From a virus (Duplodnaviria > Caudoviricetes): DNA of 60,290 bases. The stretch's first letter is position 1. Each line of letters begins with the position of its first letter. The stretch lies in IMG/VR virus record IMGVR_UViG_3300049141_000058, positions 1-60,290 of that record, one strand, 5' to 3'. The notes under the pieces were generated by a model. It ran no database searches and was not told the origin of the DNA. It saw only the letters and a list, made by a program, of their open reading frames with translations. Positions 1 to 7,069 of the stretch are shown one piece after another. The position numbers and the translations under genes were made by a program.

Positions 1-131
1 GCGGAAGGTGGGGTGCCGCGGGTGACGAACGGGGGCGGTCAACGCCACCCGCGGCAGTCTCGGGGGTTAGTACGGGTGCGGGCCGCGCGGGCGGGGCGGG
101 AGCGGGTCCTTGACCTTCTCGTGGTCGGCCA

Positions 132-296
132 TCACCGCTCCCGATGCAGCGGCTGGCAGCGGTCGCGCCAGTTCAGGTGGATCGGGCACGTCACCCGCTG
201 CCGGACGGGGACCTGGCGGGCGGTCTCCTGGTGGAGGCGCAGCATCAGGTCGTCGGAGGCGTCCGCAGGGATCCGGGCCACGGTCTGGTTCGCCAT
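132..296 (-). CDS. small hypothetical protein
   Basis: MANQTVARIPADASDD... ORF translationally coupled (TGATG) to 296..592. Confidence 0.5.
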   Translation of the reverse strand: MANQTVARIPADASDDLMLRLHQETARQVPVRQRVTCPIHLNWRDRCQPLHRER

Positions 297-592
297 CACG
301 CGTCACCGCCCTCGCGGAGGTACCGCTCGGCCTCGTCGCCAATGTTGGAGATCAGCGACTCGTCCAGGCGGAGCGACCCGGACGCCAGCGCGTCGTCGGT
401 GAGCATCTGGGTCAGCCGGTCCGTGTCCCGCTCCGACAGCCACACGTCGCCGACTAGGCGGGCGTTCGGCAGCCGCAGGGTGACGAGCGCGGCCCGGTCA
501 CCGTCGTCCGGGGACAACTGCAGCAGCGCGTGGAAGAGGGCCAGGACGGCCAGCTCCCGCTCACCGGGAACGTCCCGCCCAGCGGCGCTCAC
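296..592 (-). CDS. hypothetical protein
   Basis: 98 aa ORF with GC3-rich codons, overlapping stop/start with neighbours. Confidence 0.65.
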   Translation of the reverse strand: MSAAGRDVPGERELAVLALFHALLQLSPDDGDRAALVTLRLPNARLVGDVWLSERDTDRLTQMLTDDALASGSLRLDESLISNIGDEAERYLREGGDA

Positions 593-891
593 GCCGCGAC
601 CCCGAACGGCTCGGTCCTGGCGGCGGCGGCCTGCTGGCGGTACATGGCCAGCTCGTCGTGGATGTCGAGGAGCCGGTCGAACTCGCCTGCCGCCATCCAG
701 TCGGTGGACGCGGCGAGACCCAGGTAGGTGCGGGCGGCGGCGGCCTGCCGGTCCAGCAGGTCCGCCGCCTCCCAGCGGGCCAGAGTGGCCTCGGCGTGGG
801 CCAGAGCCGCGATCGCGGCCGGCGGAAGCGGGGCGGTGTCGCCCTCACGGTCGGCGCGCTCCAGCGCACCGATAAGATCGGTGATAGCCAC
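589..891 (-). CDS. hypothetical protein
   Basis: GTG start at 891 preceded by GAAGGAG RBS; Ala-rich helical sequence. Confidence 0.65.
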   Translation of the reverse strand: MAITDLIGALERADREGDTAPLPPAAIAALAHAEATLARWEAADLLDRQAAAARTYLGLAASTDWMAAGEFDRLLDIHDELAMYRQQAAAARTEPFGVAA

Positions 892-1020
892 AGGGTCTCC
901 TTCGCAGAACCTGGTGGTTAGGCCCTGGCCAGGGAGTGGAGTCCCTGAGCTGGGGCCGTTTTCATTTGTGGGCGCAGTCGGTGGAGCGACCGCTGAGGCT
1001 TTGGGCGGTGGAGCGCCGTT

Positions 1021-1097
1021 CGCTTCAACACCATATTGAAGCGGTTCTGAGTGCCTGTCAACACCGTATTGAGAACTGGCGTGTTGCAACCTACGCT
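1021..1097. promoter_or_regulatory. divergent promoters with two operator sites TCAACACC(A/G)TATTGA
   Basis: Operators at 1025-1039 and 1058-1072. Rightward promoter TTGAGA(1069)-N17-TACGCT(1092); leftward TTGACA at 1056-1061. Confidence 0.65.
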
Positions 1098-1103
1098 GAG
1101 GCC

Positions 1104-1439
1104 ATGACAGATGCGCTCACGGAGTTCTTGGAGGAGAAAGTCGCCCACGTTGCAGCCATCGAAGATCCCGTCCAGCGCGGGCTGGCCGCCCGAGAAGCAA
1201 GGGATCAACTGGCGACAAGCGATCGCGCCCTGTACGCGATCCAGCGGGCAGCAGTCCGGGAACTCAAGCCAGGGCGCACCTGGGCAGAGGTGGGTCGACT
1301 CTTCGGACGTAGCCACGCCTGGGCGGAAGCAATCGCCGCAGGCCGAAGCGCTAAGCGCAAGAAGACGGGGCATGTCGCCGAGTCAACGCCCGCGTCGCGC
1401 GCGGTAGAAGGACGGCAGGACGACACCACGACGCCATAG
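1104..1439 (+). CDS. small HTH DNA-binding protein, probably leaderless
   Basis: RTWAEVGRLFGRSHAWAEAIA HTH-like motif; ATG 7 nt after the -10 element. Confidence 0.7.
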   Translation: MTDALTEFLEEKVAHVAAIEDPVQRGLAAREARDQLATSDRALYAIQRAAVRELKPGRTWAEVGRLFGRSHAWAEAIAAGRSAKRKKTGHVAESTPASRAVEGRQDDTTTP

Positions 1440-1520
1440 CAAGCCCACCCCGACATCGCGGCGACATCAACCCGCCGTCAGCCCGCCAGACCCGAGCGCG
1501 ATCAGCACGGGAGCCCCATT

Positions 1521-2159
1521 GTGGAGATCGTAGAAACCTGGACCGGCCGCGCCGCCTGCTTACTGCAGCAGGCCATGCGACTGACGAACGAGGCGTTCGC
1601 GGAACACCTCGGCGTCAGCGAGCGGACGGTCAGCCGGTGGCACAGCGCTCCCGGCATGGTGCACCGAACCGAGGTGCAGCAGATCCTCGACACGGCATAC
1701 GAACAGGCGGGTGAGACGGTGCAGAGACGCTTCGCGCTCCTGCTGCGCCCGCCCGCGCCACGCGTGGAGGCCCAGGCCCTGCGGGTGGCAATAGCGGTCG
1801 TGCTGCGCGGGAACGACGTGCTGCTGGTGTGCCGGCGCGGCGACGGGGAGCTGCGCTGGCAGTTCCCCGCCGGCATGGTCAAGCCCGGCGCCGACCCGGC
1901 AACCGTCGCGGTGCAGGAGACGCACGGCGAGACGGGTGTGCACTGCACGGTCCGCGAGCAGCTGGGCGAGCGCGTCCACCCCGTGACGGGCGTGGTCGCC
2001 TCCTACTACCTGGCCGATCACCTGGCCGGGGATGCGACGAACCGTGACCCGCTCGAGAACGTCGACGTCACCTGGGTGCCGCGCACTGCCCTGACCCGGT
2101 TCATCCCCGCCGATCAGGTTTTCCCGCCGATTTTGTCCGCTTTGGAGGCGACTGTATGA
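1521..2159 (+). CDS. XRE-HTH / NUDIX hydrolase fusion
   Basis: N-terminal LTNEAFAEHLGVSERTVSRW HTH; C-terminal WQFPAGMVKPGADPATVAVQETHGETG degenerate Nudix box. Confidence 0.85.
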   Translation: MEIVETWTGRAACLLQQAMRLTNEAFAEHLGVSERTVSRWHSAPGMVHRTEVQQILDTAYEQAGETVQRRFALLLRPPAPRVEAQALRVAIAVVLRGNDVLLVCRRGDGELRWQFPAGMVKPGADPATVAVQETHGETGVHCTVREQLGERVHPVTGVVASYYLADHLAGDATNRDPLENVDVTWVPRTALTRFIPADQVFPPILSALEATV

Positions 2160-2569
2160 CGACCGAGACGACCACCGAGAAGCCCGGCATCTCCGCCGCC
2201 ATCATCGTGTCCGAGGGCAAGGTGCTCATGGTGCGGCGCCGGGTGTCGGAGGGTGAGCTGATGTGGCAGTTCCCGGCCGGGCAGATCGAGCCTGGGGAGG
2301 CCGCGGAGGATGCGGCGGTGCGGGAGACGGTCGAGGAGACCGGTCTGGTCGTCACCGCGACGAAGCTGCTCGGCGAGCGGGTGCACCCGAAGACGGGCCG
2401 GCTGATGTCGTACACGGCGTGCGAGCCGTTGCAGGGTGAAGCGCATGTCGCGGACGAGGACGAGCTGGACGCGGTCGCCTGGGTCGCCCACTCGGAGATC
2501 AAGGAGTACGTGCCCTACGGCTTGTACGAGCCGGTGCAAAAGTACCTCGACGACGTGCTGCCGCGCTGA
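2156..2569 (+). CDS. NUDIX hydrolase (MutT-like)
   Basis: Canonical Nudix box GQIEPGEAAEDAAVRETVEETGL. Confidence 0.9.
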   Translation: MTTETTTEKPGISAAIIVSEGKVLMVRRRVSEGELMWQFPAGQIEPGEAAEDAAVRETVEETGLVVTATKLLGERVHPKTGRLMSYTACEPLQGEAHVADEDELDAVAWVAHSEIKEYVPYGLYEPVQKYLDDVLPR

Positions 2570-3438
2570 GGAATGGTCTGGGCGGGCGCGGGTGCGGCGC
2601 ATGTCGGTCGTTCTGTCGTCCCGCCCCGCATCCGAGCGCTTTACTGCGAGGGGTAGCGCATCCTATCCCGGATTCCAAGTTGAGGTGTTGACGCAGCTCA
2701 GAGGCTTCGGGCGGGGAGTCTGATTTCGGTGCGCGGTGATTTGAGCTGATCACTGCGGCTGGCTACGGTCGCAGCACGTGGGGGCGGCGTGCGACTTGCA
2801 GCCCCCACCAACGAGGGTGGTTCAGTTTGGTCTACCGTCCACAGCATGGGCGAGTTCCGGCCGTCTCGTCAGACCATGCGCGGATCGGGACTATTGCGAC
2901 GGAAGGGATGTACGGGTGCCGTGCACAGTGATCGACCAGAGTGCACATCTTGCAAAATCGCAGGTCAGAGCCACCCTAACGCACCTCCAGATGCGTCCGG
3001 GATCCGCCCTACTACGCAAGCGGCTGCGGCAAGCTAGCACCGTCGGGGCAAGCTACCGACTGAGATCCTTTCGGCCAAAACATATGCCCCACTTGCCCGA
3101 CTCGGAAGGAGAGAGGCGTCGCCGAACAACACACCGCAGGCCAACGGGCACGCCGACACCCTCCCGTAATCACCCAGCTCAGGCATCCACGCAACCCCCA
3201 CTGCTCGACATTCATGCAGGTCAGGGGGCGTAGTAGACAACTATGTTGACAACTCGGAAGGAAACTCGCGGATGCTCCGAAACCGATCGCTAGCGTTGTG
3301 TCTCATTGCCGACCGCGGGCTACGGTCCGTGCAACGTCGAACGGCCGGGCGGTTCGCACCCGCCCGGCCGTAGCCCGACCAGCGAGTTCGCACCTCGCTG
3401 ATCAATCAACCATCACTCGCCAGAGAGAAGGTCTCGTC

Positions 3439-3747
3439 ATGAGCGTATCGCAGCGCTGTACTACACATCAGCGCAGCAATCTCACCGCCGACCGCTTGCT
3501 GGAAGATTCCCTCGCCGACTTGTTCACCCGGTTCGGGGTGGCCGTGTCCGTCATGGAGGCGGACGCCGGCTTCACCGGCGGCGCCTACGTCCACACTGAC
3601 GGCTCGCTGCTGTTCGTGCGGCCCGCGGGCAGGCCGGAGGCGGAGTGGGAGTTGACCGCGCGGGCGATGCTGGGCGCCGCGCTGCGGGTGCCGCTACCGC
3701 CGCTGCCGGAGCCGTACCGGCTGACGGAGATGGAGCCATCCGAGTGA
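3439..3747 (+). CDS. hypothetical protein immediately upstream of the CRISPR-like mini-array
   Basis: ATG 3439 after GAGAAGG; 102 aa with coding-like GC3 in the 3' two-thirds. Confidence 0.65.
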   Translation: MSVSQRCTTHQRSNLTADRLLEDSLADLFTRFGVAVSVMEADAGFTGGAYVHTDGSLLFVRPAGRPEAEWELTARAMLGAALRVPLPPLPEPYRLTEMEPSE

Positions 3748-3829
3748 CCGTCTAGGGCCGCGTTTCGCGTTCTCCCACGGACTGCCGACGGGTTGTGCCA
3801 TAGTGGTTGGGCCGCCGGGGAACCGACGG

Positions 3830-4059
3830 TTGCTCCCCGCCGATGCGGGGGTGTTCCGACTCTGAATCGCCCGGCTGTTGAGGGAGTTTCAGTTGTCCCC
3901 GCGGCAGCGGGGATGTGCCCGATGCGCATGACGACATCGCGGCTCCCCGCGCCAGCGGGGATGGCCCTGATTCCAGGGGCGTGCAGTACTGCTCCCCGCC
4001 GACGCGGGGGTAGACCGTGAACGCGGTCACTTGCTACCCGCGACAGCGGGAATGCGGAG
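3830..4059 (+). CRISPR. cas-less type I-E-like CRISPR mini-array (5 divergent 29-nt repeats; spacers 33/19/20/13 nt)
   Basis: R1 3830-3858 TTGCTCCCCGCCGATGCGGGGGTGTTCCG; R2 3892-3920 GTTGTCCCCGCGGCAGCGGGGATGTGCCC; R3 3940-3968 CGGCTCCCCGCGCCAGCGGGGATGGCCCT; R4 3989-4017 CTGCTCCCCGCCGACGCGGGGGTAGACCG; R5 4031-4059 TTGCTACCCGCGACAGCGGGAATGCGGAG. R1-R4 keep the CCCCGC-N4-GCGGGG stem of I-E repeats; R5 keeps CCCGC-N4-GCGGG. Confidence 0.85.
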
Positions 4060-4088
4060 CCCCACCCGATCACCGGGTGGGGCTCCGC
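4054..4088. terminator. bidirectional terminator hairpin
   Basis: Perfect 15-bp stem GCGGAGCCCCACCCG-ATCAC-CGGGTGGGGCTCCGC between the convergent array and 4112..5113. Confidence 0.8.
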
Positions 4089-4111
4089 CGTTTCATCCTG
4101 CAGCGCGGCGG

Positions 4112-5113
4112 TCAGCCGGCGGTCTCGTCGTCCTCGATGTCGGCGTAGTCGATGCGGGCACCGGTCGCCGCGGCGGCCCGGGCGGCCACCTGCCGGTGCC
4201 AGGACGCCGACCACCTCCCGCCCCGGTGCGCGGCGGCGTACTCCTCGTCACTGCGGTACGTGACGATCGTCGTGTCCTCGTCGTCCACGGACTCCACCAG
4301 CTTGGCGACTGCGGCGGCGGTCTCCTCCCGCAGTTCCGCGATCTCGGGCCGGATACGGCCGGGGATCGGGTCGCGGCCCTGCTCCCAGGAGCGCAGCGTG
4401 CGCGGGTTGACCCGCAGCAGCCTGGCCAGGTGGTCACCGGTCAGCCCCAGCTCCTCCCTGGCGATGCGCAGCTCGGCCGGCGTGATCGGGTCCTCGTCGG
4501 CGAGGCCGTCGCGCAGCTGCTTGAGGTAGCTGTCCAGGCCGTGGCAGACGACGACCGGGTGCTCACCGCACGCCTGCAGGTCGCCGAGGATCGCCTGCTC
4601 GATCTGTTCGAGGCGGGCGTCGGTGGTGTCGGCGGTGATGCCGTACTCGTCGGCCTCCTGGCCGTTGACGGCTGCGTCGATGTCCCACACGCCGACCAGG
4701 TCGCTGTCGGGGAACCCCTGCGTGTCCTCGTCGAAATGGCCTCCGTCGATCGTCGGCAAACCGAGGAACTTCTCGATCTCCTCCTCAGCGGCGATGGCGT
4801 CCTCGTTCATATCGGCGACGGTCGACTCTCCGTTCCAGACGGCTTCGGTACCGGCGATGATCCGGTCGGCGAGCGGGGCGATCTCTTCCATGACCCGGTT
4901 GGCGGCGTCCGCGGTCAGGACCGGGATCTCGTAGCGGCGGTCCAGGCCGTGGCGCACGGTCTCCGGGAGCGCGGTGCCGATCTCCGCGTTGTAACTGGCG
5001 TACAGGGTGCCGGCCTGGGTGTCGAGTTCGATGTAGGCGGGCTGCGGCTTGGTCTCGCCGTCGTAGTGACGGAACAGTTCGGTGGCGTTGGTGCACGGGA
5101 TGATGCGGACCAT
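4112..5113 (-). CDS. acidic N-terminal domain fused to a C-terminal Aca2/YdiL (DUF1870)-like HTH domain
   Basis: From residue ~210: ITPAELRIAREELGLTGDHLARLLRVNPRTLRSWEQGRDPIP...IVTYRSDEEY...SWHRQVAA follows the Aca2 pattern; the N-terminus is very Asp/Glu-rich. Confidence 0.75.
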   Translation of the reverse strand: MVRIIPCTNATELFRHYDGETKPQPAYIELDTQAGTLYASYNAEIGTALPETVRHGLDRRYEIPVLTADAANRVMEEIAPLADRIIAGTEAVWNGESTVADMNEDAIAAEEEIEKFLGLPTIDGGHFDEDTQGFPDSDLVGVWDIDAAVNGQEADEYGITADTTDARLEQIEQAILGDLQACGEHPVVVCHGLDSYLKQLRDGLADEDPITPAELRIAREELGLTGDHLARLLRVNPRTLRSWEQGRDPIPGRIRPEIAELREETAAAVAKLVESVDDEDTTIVTYRSDEEYAAAHRGGRWSASWHRQVAARAAAATGARIDYADIEDDETAG

Positions 5114-5159
5114 GGCGGGTCCCCTTTCCAGGGTAAGTCTCGGGTAGGTGGGTGCAGGC

Positions 5160-5666
5160 TCAGAGGGCGGCGACGGCGGCGCGGACGGCGGCGAAGATGC
5201 GGGCGGCGATCTCTTCGCGGTCGAGGCTGCGCGGGTTGCCCCAGCCCCACTTGATGTAGACCTTGCCGTCGGCGACGTTGAAGTAGACCTTGTCGACGGC
5301 GGTGGCGAGCCGGCCGCCTTCGGCGTTGGAGACCTTTTCGCCGTCGAGGGTGGCGTAGCTGATGCTGCCGGACTTGTAGTGGTCCAGCTCCAGGCCGGGG
5401 ACGGTCTCGAAGTCGTTGAGGTAGATGCGGTCGTGGCCGTTCTTCTGCCAGCGGCGTCCGCCGATCGCGGTCATCGTCTCGACGGAGTAGACGACCTTTC
5501 GGGCGGGGCGCTTCATCTGGCCGATGGCGATGCGGGCGGCGAGGGAGGCGGTGTCGATGACCCAGCGGCCGGCGGTCTTGGTGGCGGCGACGGCGCCGCG
5601 GCGGCACCAGGTGCGGACGGTGGCGACGGTGACGTTGGCCTGAGCTGCGGCGAGAGCGGTGTTCAT
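5160..5666 (-). CDS. HTH_17/MerR-like N-terminus fused to an uncharacterised phage domain; candidate anti-defence protein
   Basis: AAAQANVTVATVRTWCRRGAVAATKTAGRWVID HTH; C-terminal GGRRWQKNGHDRIYLN motif; GGAG RBS. Confidence 0.75.
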   Translation of the reverse strand: MNTALAAAQANVTVATVRTWCRRGAVAATKTAGRWVIDTASLAARIAIGQMKRPARKVVYSVETMTAIGGRRWQKNGHDRIYLNDFETVPGLELDHYKSGSISYATLDGEKVSNAEGGRLATAVDKVYFNVADGKVYIKWGWGNPRSLDREEIAARIFAAVRAAVAAL

Positions 5667-5724
5667 GATGATCTCCGAGTGACTTACGGAGTGGGCTGGG
5701 GCTGATCCCCTGCCTCACGCGAAC

Positions 5725-5754
5725 AACGTACACCCTAAATTAGGGTGCGAGCAA
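5725..5754 (-). promoter_or_regulatory. sigma70/HrdB-type promoter with an inverted-repeat operator in the spacer
   Basis: TTGCTC(5754-5749)-N18-TACGTT(5730-5725); spacer contains CACCCTAA-A-TTAGGGTG (5731-5747). Confidence 0.7.
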
Positions 5755-5919
5755 GCCCGTTGCTGAAAGTCGCCGCCTGAACACTCAACAGGTGCTGCCG
5801 GGGGGCCTGTTGCATCGACCTCGTGACCCCGGCCACACCCCGCCCAACTCGCTTGCCGTACTCGTCAGTACACCCCGACGCTGCTGCCTCAGCCCGGTTT
5901 GAACCTCTGGGGGCCATTG

Positions 5920-6243
5920 ATGATCGTCTGCCCGTCATCGAAGTGCGGTTCGCCGAATGTTGCGGATCTGCCGCACTACTGGGCGAGTCTCCCGTCGGAG
6001 TCGCCGTTGAAGGCGCAGTACGCGCCGCCGGAAGCCGCCCAGGCCTCGTACTGGGCCGCGCTGGCCGCGGTCGTCGTCGGGGTACTGGTGGCCGTCGGGG
6101 GCGGGGTGCTGGTCGGCCTGCTGATTGCGGCCGGCGGCCTGCTGTGGGGCGTCGTCGTCTACAAGGTGGTCGAGGCGTCGCTCGCGGAGCGGGCGGCCTG
6201 GGAGTCGTCCCGGGTGTGCCTCGCCTGCACGGGCCGGTTCTGA
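5920..6243 (+). CDS. membrane protein with terminal Cys pairs (possible Zn ribbon)
   Basis: CPSSKC ... two hydrophobic helices ... CLAC. Confidence 0.75.
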   Translation: MIVCPSSKCGSPNVADLPHYWASLPSESPLKAQYAPPEAAQASYWAALAAVVVGVLVAVGGGVLVGLLIAAGGLLWGVVVYKVVEASLAERAAWESSRVCLACTGRF

Positions 6244-6250
6244 CACACGG

Positions 6251-6284
6251 AACGCCCCCGCAGCCTGCTGGCTGCGGGGGCGTT
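6251..6284. terminator. bidirectional terminator
   Basis: AACGCCCCCGCAGCC-TGCT-GGCTGCGGGGGCGTT between convergent genes. Confidence 0.75.
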
Positions 6285-6287
6285 GCG

Positions 6288-6530
6288 CTATCCGAGGTAG
6301 TTGATCTGCAGGACGGTGACTGTCTTCAGCGTTTCCCCGACCAGCAGGACTGCGAGGGCCTGGTCGGTGACGATCATCCGGACGATTCCGTCGTCTTCGC
6401 CGTAGGGCTGGCTGGCGGCGATTGGGTCGTGGCAGGCCTCGGCTAACGCGAGGGTGAGGGATTCGCTGGCTGCGGCTGGCATCGCTTCGTGCACGGCTTC
6501 GGCAGCGGGGTCGTACTTGAGGCGATACAT
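6288..6530 (-). CDS. putative RelE/ParE-fold toxin
   Basis: MYRLKYDPAAEA...DP...VTVLQINYLG has the RelE-like N- and C-terminal strand pattern; GAGGAGAGG RBS. Confidence 0.55.
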   Translation of the reverse strand: MYRLKYDPAAEAVHEAMPAAASESLTLALAEACHDPIAASQPYGEDDGIVRMIVTDQALAVLLVGETLKTVTVLQINYLG

Positions 6531-6635
6531 ACCTCTCCTCGTCATCCAAACGGTCACGGCACCGGCGGTAGCCGGGAGAGGTCGGCCGTGTCGTTAGAGT
6601 AGCAGCGCGGCAACCGTGTGTGTCCGCTGTTCGGG

Positions 6636-6920
6636 TCAGGCGGCGCCGCGGGTGCGGATGCGGTCGGCATCAGCCTGAACGCGCTCTGTGGCGTCGTTCC
6701 AGTCGGCGGTGGGGTCGTCTCCGCGGGCTTGAGCGGCGGCGATCTCGCGGCCCCGTTCGACCGCAGTCTGCGTGTCCTTGGCGATGCGTTCCCAGCGGGC
6801 GAAGACCTGCAGCAGTTGGTGGGCCGGCGCGCGGTTGATCTCGCCGAGGAAGCGCTGGGCGAGTGCGGGGTTGCCGAGGGCGTCACGGATCCGTTCGATG
6901 GTCCATGGCTGATCGCTCAT
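6636..6920 (-). CDS. putative antitoxin (DUF6247-like helical protein)
   Basis: WTIERIRDALG..RFLGEINRA..VFARWERIA; lies directly upstream of the RelE-like gene. Confidence 0.5.
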   Translation of the reverse strand: MSDQPWTIERIRDALGNPALAQRFLGEINRAPAHQLLQVFARWERIAKDTQTAVERGREIAAAQARGDDPTADWNDATERVQADADRIRTRGAA

Positions 6921-7069
6921 CCCGGCCTCCCAAGCTTTAGCCCGCTTAAGTTCAGGCTAGCGTTTATTCGAGACCTCAATCCACGAATCGCTGTCCGCGA
7001 GCCTCGCCCGGGAGTTTCGGGCGAGGGCTTCGCGTCAGAGGGTCCGCGTCGAGTCGTACCGCTCGGAGC

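Noticed and set aside
3830-4059. A complete functional CRISPR-Cas system, or REP/terminator repeats
   Set aside because: No cas genes or AT-rich leader are present, and spacers are mostly too short for a canonical array. The 29-nt length, stem sequence and handle match I-E repeats too well to be generic hairpins.
6985-7018. Patchy similarity to spacer 1 (GAATCGC, TCGCCCGG, GGGAGTTTC), and of 3221-3235 to spacer 3
   Set aside because: Matches are short, gapped and not collinear, as expected by chance at this GC content. No self-targeting is claimed.
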